Source: Eledone cirrhosa
Taxonomy: Eukaryota
DNA length: 64,000 nucleotides
NCBI GenBank assembly: GCA_964016885.1
Contig: OZ024742.1
Location: forward strand, 367,598,001 to 367,662,000
Direction of reading: 5' to 3'
Shown in pieces: positions 1 to 11,779 of the stretch. Position numbers and translations under genes: made by a program. Below the pieces are notes generated by a model. That model had not been told where the DNA came from, ran no database searches, and saw nothing but the letters and a program-made list of their open reading frames with translations. Position 1 is the stretch's first letter, and the number at the start of each line of letters is the position of its first letter.

Positions 1-261
1 CCAGCTGGTTTTATCGTGTCCTGTATCATTTGGTGATCACTAATGGTCGAATGTTCGATTGGGAAACCAGCTGGTTTTATCTTGTCCTGTATCATTTGGT
101 GATCACTATTGGTCGAATGTTCGATTGGGAAACCAGCTGGTTTTATCTGGTCCTGTATCATTTGGTGATCACTGATGGTCGAATGTTCGATTGGGAAACT
201 AGCTGGTTTTATCTGGTCCTGTATAATTTGGTGATCACTCATGGTCGAATGTTCGATTGGG

Positions 262-275
262 AAACCAGCTGGTTT
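262..275. other. Perfect 14-bp palindrome AAACCAGCTGGTTT, one per monomer (representative copy)
   Basis: It equals its own reverse complement and contains CAGCTG (PvuII site / E-box). It extends to the 16-bp AAAACCAGCTGGTTTT in the common GGAAAA variant monomers. Confidence 0.97.
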
Positions 276-296
276 TATCTGGTCCTGTATCATTTG

Positions 297-304
297 GTGA
301 TCAC
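297..304. other. Perfect 8-bp palindrome GTGATCAC, one per monomer (representative copy)
   Basis: It is self-complementary and contains TGATCA (BclI). In TAAT-variant monomers it extends to TTGGTGATCACTAA with one mismatched pair. Confidence 0.95.
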
Positions 305-310
305 TCATGG

Positions 311-322
311 TCGAATGTTCGA
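311..322. other. Interrupted palindrome TCGAA-TG-TTCGA, one per monomer (representative copy)
   Basis: It has 5-bp inverted arms with a 2-bp spacer and holds both CpGs and both TaqI sites of the monomer. The recurrent variant TCGAACGTTCGA (e.g. ~9615) is a perfect 12-bp palindrome. Confidence 0.95.
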
Positions 323-389
323 TTGGGAAACCAGCTGGTTTTATCTGGTCTTGTATCATTTGGTGATCACTAATGGGCGAATGTTCGAT

Positions 390-2370
390 TGGGAAACCAG
401 CTGGTTTTATCTGGTCCTGTGTCATTTGGTGATCACTAATGGTCGAATGTTCGATTGGGAAACCAGCTGGTTTTATCTGGTCCTGAGTCATTTGGTGATC
501 ACTAATGGTCGAATGTTCGATTTGGAAACCAGCTGGTTTTATCTGGTCCTGTATCATTTGGTGATCACTCATGGTCGAATGTTCGATTGGGAAACCAGCT
601 GGTTTTATCTGGTCCTGTGTCATTTGGTGATCACTAATGGTCGAATGTTCGATTGGGAAACTAGCTGGTTTTATCTGGTCCTGTATCATTTGGTGATCAC
701 TCATGGTCGAATGCTCGATTGGGAAACCAGCTGGTTTTATCTGGTCCTGTATCATTTGGTGATCACTAATGGTCGAATGTTCGATTGGGAAACCAGCTGG
801 TTTTATCTGGTCCTGTATCATTTGGTGATCACTCATGGCCGAATGTTCGATTGGGAAACCAGCTGGTTTTATCTGGTCCTGTATCATTTGGTGATCACTA
901 ATGGGCGAATGTTCGATTGGGAAACCAGCTGGTTTTATCTGGGCCTGTGTCATTTGGTGATCACTAATGGTCGAATGTTCGATTGGGAAACCAGCTGGTT
1001 TTATCTTGTCCTGTATCATTTGGTGATCACTATTGGTAGAATGTTCGATTGGGAAACCAGCTGGTTTTATCTGGTCCTGTATCATTTGGTGATCACTCAT
1101 GTTCGAATGTTCGATTGGGAAACCAGCTGGTTTTATCTGGTCCTGTATCATTTGGTAATCACTAATGGTCGAATGTTTGATTGGGAAACCAGCTGGTTTT
1201 ATCTGCTCCTGTATCATTTGGTGATCACTCATGGTCGAATGTTCGATTGGGAAACCAGCTGGTTTTACCTGGTCCTGTATCATTTGGTGATCACTCATGG
1301 TCGAATGTTCGATTGGGAAACCAGCTGGTTTTATCTGGTCCTGTATCATTTGGTGAGCCCTATTGGTCAAATGTTCGATTGGGAAACCAGCTGGTTTTAT
1401 CTGGTCCTATATCATTTGGTGATCACTCATGGTCGAATGTTCGATTGGGAAACCAGCTGGTTTTATCGTGTCCTGTATCATTTGGTGATCACTAATGGTC
1501 GAATGTTCGATTGGGAAACCAGCTGGTTTTATCTTGTCCTGTATCATTTGGTGATCACTATTGGTCGAATGTTCGATTGGGAAACCAGCTGGTTTTATCT
1601 GGTCCTGTGTCATTTGGTGATCACTAATGGTCGAATGTTCGATTGGGAAACCAGCTGGTTTTATCTGGTCCTGAGTCATTTGGTGATCACTAATGGTCGA
1701 ATGTTCGATTGGGAAACCAGCTGGTTTTATCTGGTCCTGTATCATTTGGTGATCACTCATGGTCGAATGTTCGATTGGGAAACCAGCTGGTTTTATCTGG
1801 TCCTGTGTCATTTGGTGATCACTAATGGTCGAATGTTCGATTGGGAAACTAGCTGGTTTTATCTGGTCCTGTATCATTTGGTGATCACTCATGGTCGAAT
1901 GCTCGATTGGGAAACCAGCTGGTTTTATCTGGTCCTGTATCATTTGGTGATCACTAATGGTCGAATGTTCGATTGGGAAACCAGCTGGTTTTATCTGGTC
2001 CTGTATCATTTGGTGATCACTCATGGCCGAATGTTCGATTGGGAAACCAGCTGGTTTTATCTGGTCCTGTATCATTTGGTGATCACTAATGGGCGAATGT
2101 TCGATTGGGAAACCAGCTGGTTTTATCTGGGCCTGTGTCATTTGGTGATCACTAATGGTCGAATGTTCGATTGGGAAACCAGCTGGTTTTATCTTGTCCT
2201 GTATCATTTGGTGATCACTATTGGTCGAATTTTCAATTGGGAAACCAGCTGGTTTTATCTGGTCCTGTATCATTTGGTGATCACTCATGTTCGAATGTTC
2301 GATTGGGAAACCAGCTGGTTTTATCTGGTCCTGTATCATTTGGTAATCACTAATGTTCGAATGTTCGATT
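390..2370. repeat. Higher-order duplication, offset 1188 bp (18 monomers)
   Basis: Rare variants recur at exactly +1188: CTGAGT 483/1671, ATGCTCG (C at 714/1902), GGGCCTGTG 941/2129. Confidence 0.85.
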
Positions 2371-3259
2371 GGGAAACCAGCTGGTTTTATCTGGTCCTGT
2401 ATCATTTGGCGATCACTCATGGTCGAATGTTCGATTGGAAAACCAGCTGGTTTTATCTGGTCCTGTATCATTTGGTGATCACTCATGGTCGAATGTTCGA
2501 TTGGAAAACCAACTGGTTTTATCTGGTCCTGTATCATTTGGTGATCACTCATGGTCGAATGTTCGATTGGGAAACCAGCTGGTTTTATCTGGTCCTGTAT
2601 CATTTGGTGATCACTCATGGTCTAATGTTCGATTGGAAAACCAGCTGGTTTTATCTGGTCCTATATCATTTGGTGATCACTCATGGTCGAAAGTTCGATT
2701 GGGAAACCAGCTGGTTTTATCTGGTCCTGTATCATTTGGTGATCACTCATGTTCGAATGTTCGATTGGGAAACCAGCTGGTTTTATCTGGTCCTGTATCA
2801 TTTGGTGATCACTCATGGTCGAATGTTCGATTGGAAAACCAGCTGGTTTTATCTGGTCCTGTGTCATTTGGTGATCACTAATGGTCGAATGTTCGATTGG
2901 GAAACCAGCTCGTTTTATCTGGTCCTGTGTCATTTGGTGATCATTAAAGGTCGAATGTTCGATTGGGAAACCAGCTGGTTTTATCTGGTCCTGTATCATT
3001 TGGTGATCACTCATGGTCGAATGTTCGATTGGAAAACCAGCTGGTTTTATCTGCCCCTGTGTCATTTGGTGATCACTAATGGTCGAATGTTCGATTGGGA
3101 AACCAGCTGGTTTTATCTGCCCCTGTGTCATTTGGTGATCACTAATGGTCGAATGTTCGATTGGGAAACCAGCTGGTTTTATCTGGTCCTGTATCATTTG
3201 GTCATCACTCATGGTCGAATGTTCGATTGGGAAACCATCTGGTTTTATCTGGTCCTGTG

Positions 3260-5370
3260 TCGTTTGGTGATCACTAATACTCGAATGTTCGATTGGGAAA
3301 CCAGCTGGTTTTATCTGGTCCTGTGTCATTTGGTGATCACTAATGATCGAATGTTCGATTGGGAAACTAGCTGGTTTTATCTGGTCCTGTATCATTTGGT
3401 GATCACTCATGGTCGAATGTTCGATTGGGAAACCAGCTGGTTTTATCTGGTCCTGTATCATTTGGTGATCACTAATGGTCGAATGTTCGATTGGGAAACT
3501 AGCTGGTTTTATCTGGTCCTGTATCATTTGGTTATCACTGATGGTCGAATGTTCGATTGGGAAACCAGCTGGTTTTATCTGGTCCTGTATCATTTGGTGA
3601 TCACTCATGGTCGAATGTTCGATTGGGAAACCAGCTGGTTTTATCTGGTCCTGTATCATTTGGTGATCACTCATGGTCGAATGTTCGATTGGAAAACCAG
3701 CTGGTTTTATCTGGTCCTGTATCATTTGGTGATCACTCATGGACGAATGTTCGATTGGGAAACCAGCTGGTTTTATCTGGTCCTGTATCATTTGGTGATC
3801 ACTCATGGTCGAATGTTCGATTGGGAAACCAGCTGGTTTTATCTGGTCCTGTATCATTTGGTGATCACTCATGGTCGAATGTTAGATTGGGAAACGAGCT
3901 GGTTTTATCTGGTCCTGTATCATTTGGTGATCACTCATGGTCGAATGTTCGATTGAGAAACCAGCTGGTTTTATCTGGTCCTGTATCATTTGGTGAGCAC
4001 TATTGGTCGAATGTTCGATTGGAAAACCAGCTGGTTTTATCTGGTCCTATAACATTTGGTGATCACTCATGCTCGAATGTTCGATTGGGAAACCAGCTGG
4101 TTTTATCTGGTCCTGTATCATTTGGTGATCACTCATGGTCGAATGTTCGATTGGAAAACCAGCGTGTTTTATCTGGTCCTGTATCATTTGGTGATCACTC
4201 ATGGTCGAATGTTCAATTGCTAAACCAGCTGGTTTTATCTGGTCCTCTATCATTTGTTGATCACTAATGGTCGAATGTTCGATTGGGAAACCAGCTAGTT
4301 TTATCTGGTCCTGTATCATTTGGTGATCACTAATACTCGAATGTTCGATTGGGAAACCAGCTGGTTTTATCTGGTCCTGTGTCATTTGGTGATCACTAAT
4401 GATCGAATGACGATTGGGAAACTAGCTGGTTTTATCTGGTCCTGTATCATTTGGTGATCACTCATGGTCGAATGTTCGATTGGGAAACCAGCTGGTTTTA
4501 TCTGGTCCTGTATCATTTGGTGATCACTAATGGTCGAATGTTCGATTGGGAAACTAGCTGGTTTTATCTGGTCCTGTATCATTTGGTTATCACTGATGGT
4601 CGAATGTTCGATTGGGAAACCAGCTGGTTTTATCTGGTCCTGTATCATTTGGTGATCACTCATGGTCGAATGTTCGATTGGGAAACCAGCTGGTTTTATC
4701 TGGTCCTGTATCATTTGGTGATCACTCATGGTCGAATGTTCGATTGGAAAACCAGCTGTTTTTATCTGGTCCTGTATCATTTGGTGATCACTCATGGACG
4801 AATGTTCGATTGGGAAACCAGCTGGTTTTATCTGGTCCTGTATCATTTGGTGATCACTCATGGTCGAATGTTCGATTGGGAAACCAGCTGGTTTTATCTG
4901 GTCCTGTATCATTTGGTGATCACTCATGGTCGAATGTTAGATTGGGAAACGAGCTGGTTTTATCTGGTCCTGTATCATTTGGTGATCACTCATGGTCGAA
5001 TGTTCGATTGGGAAACCAGCTGGTTTTATCTGGTCCTGTATCATTTGGTGAGCACTATTGGTCGAATGTTCGATTGGAAAACCAGCTGGTTTTATCTGGT
5101 CCTATAACATTTGGTGATCACTCATGCTCGAATGTTCGATTGGGAAACCAGCTGGTTTTATCTGGTCCTGTATCATTTGGTGATCACTCATGGTCGAATG
5201 TTCGATTGGAAAACCAGCGTGTTTTATCTGGTCCTGTATCATTTGGTGATCACTCATGGTCGAATGTTCAATTGCTAAACCAGCTGGTTTTATCTGGTCC
5301 TCTATCATTTGTTGATCACTAATGGTCGAATGTTCGATTGGGAAACCAGCTAGTTTTATCTGGTCCTGTA
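3260..5370. repeat. Higher-order duplication, offset 1055 bp (16 monomers minus 1 bp)
   Basis: The TTAGATTGGGAAACGAG marker has its A at 3884 and 4939. ORFs 3557..4267 and 4612..5322 are near-identical 236-aa translations 1055 bp apart. Confidence 0.85.
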
Positions 5371-8300
5371 TCGTTTGGTGATCACTCATGGTCGAATGTT
5401 CGATTGGGAAACCAGCTGGTTTTATCTGGTCCAGTATCATTTGGTGATCACTAATGGTCGAATGTTCGATTGGGAAACCAGCTGGTTTTATCTGGTCCTG
5501 TATCATTTGGTGATCACTATTGGTCAAATGTTCGATTGGGAAACCAGCTGGTTTTATCTGGTCCTGTATCATTTGGTGATCACTAATGGTCGAATGTTCG
5601 ATTGGGAAACCAGCTGGTTTTATCTGGTCCTGTATCATTTGGTGATCACTATTGGTCAAATGTTCGATTGGGAAACCAGCTGGTTTTATCTGGTCCTGTA
5701 TCATTTGGTGATCACTGTTGGTCGAATGTTCCATTGGGAAACCAGCTGGTTTTATCTGGTCCTGTATCATTTGGTGATCACTCATGGTCGAATGTTCGAT
5801 TGGAAAACCAGCGTGTTTTATCTGGTCCTGTATCATTTGGTGATCACTCATGGTCGAATGTTCAATTGCTAAACCAGCTGGTTTTATCTGGTCCTCTATC
5901 ATTTGTTGATCACTAATGGTCGAATGTTCGATTGGGAAACCAGCTAGTTTTATCTGGTCCTGTATCATTTGGTGATCACTCATGGTCGAATGTTCGATTG
6001 GGAAACCAGCTGGTTTTATCTGGTCCTGTATCATTTGGTGATCACTAATGGTCGAATGTTCGATTGGGAAACCAGCTGGTTTTATCTGGTCCTGTATCAT
6101 TTGGTGATCACTATTGGTCAAATATTCGATTGGGAAACCAGCTGGTTTTATCTGGTCCTGTATCATTTGGTGATCACTCATGGTCGAATGTTCGATTGAG
6201 AAACCAGCTGGTTTTATCTGGTCCTGTATCATTTGGTGAGCACTATTGGTCGAATGTTCGATTGGAAAACCAGCTGGTTTTATCTGGTCCTATAACATTT
6301 GGTGATCACTCATGCTCGAATGTTCGATTGGGAAACCAGCTGGTTTTATCTGGTCCTGTATCATTTGGTGATCACTCATGGTCGAATGTTCGATTGGAAA
6401 ACCAGCGTGTTTTATCTGGTCCTGTATCATTTGGTGATCACTCATGGTCGAATGTTCAATTGCTAAACCAGCTGGTTTTATCTGGTCCTCTATCATTTGT
6501 TGATCACTAATGGTCGAATGTTCGATTGGGAAACCAGCTAGTTTTATCTGGTCCTGTATCATTTGGTGATCACTAATACTCGAATGTTCGATTGGGAAAC
6601 CAGCTGGTTTTATCTGGTCCTGTGTCATTTGGTGATCACTAATGATCGAATGACGATTGGGAAACTAGCTGGTTTTATCTGGTCCTGTATCATTTGGTGA
6701 TCACTCATGGTCGAATGTTCGATTGGGAAACCAGCTGGTTTTATCTGGTCCTGTATCATTTGTTAATCACTAATGGTCGAATGTTCGATTGGGAAACTAG
6801 CTGGTTTTATCTGGTCCTGTATCATTTGGTTATCACTGATGGTCGAATGTTCGATTGGGAAACCAGCTGGTTTTATCTGGTCCTGTATCATTTGGTGATC
6901 ACTCATGGTCGAATGTTCGATTGGGAAACCAGCTGGTTTTATCTGGTCCTGTATCATTTGGTGATCACTCATGGTCGAATGTTCGATTGGAAAACCAGCT
7001 GGTTTTATCTGGTCCTGTATCATTTGGTGATCACTCATGGACGAATGTTCGATTGGGAAACCAGCTGGTTTTATCTGGTCCTGTATCATTTGGTGATCAC
7101 TCATGGTCGAATGTTCGATTGGGAAACCAGCTGGTTTTATCTGGTCCTGTATCATTTGGTGATCACTCATGGTCGAATGTTAGATTGGGAAACGAGCTGG
7201 TTTTATCTGGTCCTGTATCATTTGGTGATCACTCATGGTCGAATGTTCGATTGGGAAACCAGCTGGTTTTATCTGGTCCTGTATCATTTGGTGAGCACTA
7301 TTGGTCGAATGTTCGATTGGAAAACCAGCTGGTTTTATCTGGTCCTATAACATTTGGTGATCACTCATGCTCGAATGTTCGATTGGGAAACCAGCTGGTT
7401 TTATCTGGTCCTGTATCATTTGATGATCACTCATGGTCGAATGTTCGATTGGAAAACCAGCGTGTTTTATCTGGTCCTGTATCATTTGGTGATCACTCAT
7501 GGTCGAATGTTCAATTGCTAAACCATCTGGTTTTATCTGGTCCTCTATCATTTGTTGATCACTAATGGTCGAATGTTCGATTGGGAAACCAGCTAGTTTT
7601 ATCTGGTCCTGTATCATTTGGTGATCACTCATGGTCGAATGTTCGATTGGGAAACCAGCTGGTTTTATCTGGTCCTGTATCATTTGGTGATCACTAATGG
7701 TCGAATGTTCGATTGGGAAACCAGCTGGTTTTATCTGGTCCTGTATCATTTGGTGATCACTATTGGTCAAATGTTCGATTGGGAAACCAGCTGGTTTTAT
7801 CTGGTCCTGTATCATTTGGTGATCACTAATGGTCGAATGTTCGATTGGGAAACCAGCTGGTTTTATCTGGTCCTGTATCATTTGGTGATCACTATTGGTC
7901 AAATGTTCGATTGGGAAACCAGCTGGTTTTATCTGGTCCTGTATCATTTGGTGATCACTGATGGTCGAATGTTCGATTGGGAAACCAGCTGGTTTTATCT
8001 GGTCCTGTATCATTTGGTGATCACTCATGGTCGAATGTTCGATTGGAAAACCAGCGTGTTTTATCTGGTCCTGTATCATTTGGTGATCACTCATGGTCGA
8101 ATGTTCAATTGCTAAACCAGCTGGTTTTATCTGGTCCTCTATCATTTGTTGATCACTAATGGTCGAATGTTCGATTGGGAAACCAGCTAGTTTTATCTGG
8201 TCCTGTATCATTTGGTGATCACTCATGGTCGAATGTTCGATTGGGAAACCAGCTGGTTTTATCTGGTCCTGTATCATTTGGTGATCACTAATGGTCGAAT

Positions 8301-8390
8301 GTTCGATTGGGAAACCAGCTGGTTTTATCTGGTCCTGTATCATTTGGTGATCACTATTGGTCAAATGTTCGATTGGGAAACCAGCTGGTT
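3900..8390. repeat. Higher-order tandem duplication, offset 2243 bp (34 monomers minus 1 bp), with an internal 9-monomer (594 bp) repeat
   Basis: The deletion allele GAATGACGATT is at 4410 and 6653, and GATTGAGAAA at 3951 and 6194. ORF pairs 4047/6290, 4451/6694, 5375/7618 and 5969/8212 are all offset 2243. Internal pairs 5375/5969 and 7618/8212 are offset 594. Confidence 0.9.
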
Positions 8391-8559
8391 TTATCTGGTC
8401 CTGTATCATTTGGTGATCACTAATGGTCGAATGTTCGATTGGGAAACCAGCTGGTTTTATCTGGTCCTGTATCATTTGGTGATCACTATTGGTCAAATGT
8501 TCGATTGGGAAACCAGCTGGTTTTATCTGGTCCTGTATCATTTGGTGATCACTGATGGT

Positions 8560-9290
8560 CGAATGTTCCATTGGGAAACCAGCTGGTTTTATCTGGTCCT
8601 GTATCATTTGGTGATCACTCATGGTCGAATGTTCGATTGGAAAACCAGCTGGTTTTATCTGGTCCTGTATCATTTGCTGATCACTCATGGTCGAATGTTC
8701 GATTGGGAAACCAGCTGGTTTTATCTGGTCCTGTATCATTTGGTGATCACTCATGGTCGAATGTTCGATTGGGAAACCAGCTGGTTTTATCTGGTCCTGT
8801 AACATTTGGTGATCACTATTGGTCAAATGTTCGATTGGAAAACCAGCTGGTTTTATCTGGTCTTGTATCATTTGGTGATCACTCATGGGCGAATGTTCGA
8901 TTGGGAAACCAGCTGGTTTTATCTGGTCCTGTATCATTTGGTGATCACTCATGGTCGAATGTTCGATTGGAAAACCAGCTGGTTTTATCTGGTCCTGTAT
9001 CATTTGCTGATCACTCATGGTCGAATGTTCGATTGGGAAACCAGCTGGTTTTATCTGGTCCTGTATCATTTGGTGATCACTCATGGTCGAATGTTCGATT
9101 GGGAAACCAGCTGGTTTTATCTGGTCCTGTAACATTTGGTGATCACTATTGGTCAAATGTTCGATTGGAAAACCAGCTGGTTTTATCTGGTCTTGTATCA
9201 TTTGGTGATCACTCATGGGCGAATGTTCGATTGGGAAACCAGCTGGTTTTATCTGGTCCTGTATCATTTGGTGATCACTCATAGTCGAAT
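8560..9290. repeat. 5-monomer (330 bp) tandem duplication
   Basis: The variant string TTGCTGAT ... GTAACATT ... TATTGGTCAA ... TCTTG ... GGGCG occurs twice, and ORF starts 8806 and 9136 differ by 330. Confidence 0.85.
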
Positions 9291-11779
9291 GTTCGATTGG
9301 AAAACCAGCTGGTTCGATCTGGTCCTGTATCATTTGGTGATCACTCATGGTCGAATTTTCGATTGGGAAACCAGCTGGTTTTATCTGGTCCTGTATCAAT
9401 TGGTGATCACTCATGGTCGAATGTTCGATTGGGAAACCAGCTGGTTCTATCTGGTCCTGTATCATTTGGTGATCACTCATGGTCAAATGTTCGATTGGAA
9501 AACCAGCTGGTTCTATCTGGTCCTGAATCATTTGGTGATCACTCATGGTCGAATGTTCGATTGGGAAACCAGCTGGTTTTATCTGGTCCTGTATCAATTG
9601 GTGATCACTCATGGTCGAACGTTCGATTGGAAAACCAGCTGGTTTTATCTGGTCCTGTATCATTTGGTGATCACTCATGGTCGAATGTTCGATTGGGAAA
9701 CCAGCTGGTTTTATCTGGTCCTGTATCATTTGGTGATCACTCATGGTCGAATGTTCGATTGGGAAACCAGCTGGTTTTATCTGGTCCTATATCAATGGGT
9801 GATCACTCATGGTCGAAAGTTCGATTGGGAAACCAGCTGGTTTTATCTGGTCCTGTATCATTTGGTGATCACTCATGTTCGAATGTTCGATTGGGAAACC
9901 AACTGGTTTTATCTGGTCCTGTATCATTTGGTGATCACTCATGGTCGAATGTTCGATTGGAAAACCAGCTGGTTTTATCTGGTCCTGTGTCATTTGGTGA
10001 TCACTAATGTTCGAATGTTCGATTGGGAAACCAGCTGGTTTTATCTGCCCCTGTGTCATTTGGTGATCACTAATGGTCGAATGTTCGATTGGGAAACCAG
10101 CTGGTTTTATCTGGTCCTGTATCATTTGGTGATCACTCATGGTCGAATGTTCGATTGGGAAACCAGCTGGTTTTATCTGGTCCTGTGTCATTTGGTGATC
10201 ACTAATGGTCGAATGTTCGATTGGGAAACCAGCTGGTTTTATCTGGTCCTGTGTCATTTGGTGATCACTAATACTCGAATGTTCGATTGGGAAACCAGCT
10301 GGTTTTATCTGGTCCTGTCTCATTTGGTGATCACTCATGGTCGAATGTTCGATTGGGAAACCAGCTGGTTTTATCTGGTCCTGTATTATTTGGTGATCAC
10401 TCATGGTCGAATGTTCGATTGGAAAACCAGCTGGTTTTATCTGGTCCTGTATCATTTGGTGATCACTCATGGACTAATGTTCGATTGGGAAACCAGCTGG
10501 TTTTATCTGGTCCTGTATCATTTGGTGATCACTCATGGTCGAATGTTCGATTGGGAAACCAGCTGGTTTTATCTGGTCCTGTATCATTTGGTGATCACTC
10601 ATGGTCGAATGTTAGATTGGGAAACGAGCTGGTTTTATCTGGTCCTGTATCATTTGGTGATCACTCATGGTCGAATGTTCGATTGGGAAACCAGCTGGTT
10701 TTATCTGGTCCTGTATCATTTGGTGAGCACTATTGGTCGAATGTTCGATTGGAAAACCAGCTGGTTTTATCTGGTCCTATAACATTTGGTGATCACTCAT
10801 GCTCGAATGTTCGATTGGGAAACCAGCTGGATTTATCTGGTCCTGTATCATTTGGTGATCACTCATGGTCGAATGTTCGATTGGAAAACCAGCGTGTTTT
10901 ATCTGGTCCTGTATGATTTGGTGATCACTCATGGTCGAATGTTCGATTGCTAAACCAGCTGGTTTTATCTGGTCCTCTATCATTTGTTGATCACTAATGG
11001 TCGAATGTTCGATTGGGAAACCAGCTGGTTTTATCTGGTCCTGTATCATTTGATGATCACTATTGGTCAAATGTTCGATTGGGAAACCAGCTGGTTTTAT
11101 CTGGTCCTGTATCATTTGGTGATCACTATTGGTCAAATGTTCGATTGGGAAACCAGCTGGTTTTATCTGGTCCTGTATCATTTGGTGATCACTGATGGTC
11201 GAATGTTCGATTGGGAAACCAGCTGGTTTTATCTGGTCCTGTATCATTTGGTGATCACTCATGGTCGAATGTTCGATTGGAAAACCAGCTGGTTTTATCT
11301 GGTCCTGTATCATTTGCTGATCACTCATGGTCGAATGTTCGATTGGGAAACCAGCTGGTTTTATCTGGTCCTGTATCATTTGGTTCATCACTCATGGTCG
11401 AATGTTCGATTGGGAAACCAGCTGGTTTTATCTGGTCCTGTAACATTTGGTGATCACTATTGGTCGAATGTTCGATTGGGAAACCAGCTGGTTTTATCTG
11501 GTCCTGTATCATTTGGTGATCACTCATGGTCAAATGTTCGATTGGAAAACCAGCTGGTTTTATCTGGTCTTGTATCATTTGGTAATCACTCATGGGCGAA
11601 TGTTCGATTGGGAAACCAGCTGGTTTTATCTGGTCCTGTATCATTTGGTGATCACTCATGGTCGAATGTTCGATTGGAAAACCAGCTGGTTCGATCTGGT
11701 CCTGTATCATTTGGTGATCACTCATGGTCGAATGTTCGATTGGGAAACCAGCTGGTTTTATCTGGTCCTGTATCAATTG

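Noticed and set aside
262-275. Mirror-image variants in the 14-bp palindrome (e.g. ACTAGC vs CAGCTAG, ACGAGC vs CAGCTCG) as compensatory evolution of a hairpin
   Set aside because: The mirror alleles occur in different monomers and I saw none together. Positions 8, 10, 11 and 13 each show all three alternative bases, so the symmetry is explained by saturation.
311-322. Gram-positive LexA (Cheo) box, iteron, integron attC or recombinase-site array
   Set aside because: The spacing does not fit CGAAC-N4-GTTCG, there are no cassettes or genes between units, and there is no prokaryotic context in 64 kb.
30-3956. 1308-aa + strand ORF (and all other VITHGRMFDWETSWFYLVLYHL-repeat ORFs) as a repeat membrane protein gene
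   Set aside because: It is a pure translation of the satellite, with no unique N- or C-terminal domain. Variants are mostly non-synonymous, overlapping ORFs exist in other frames, and stops and frameshifts are propagated by block duplications.
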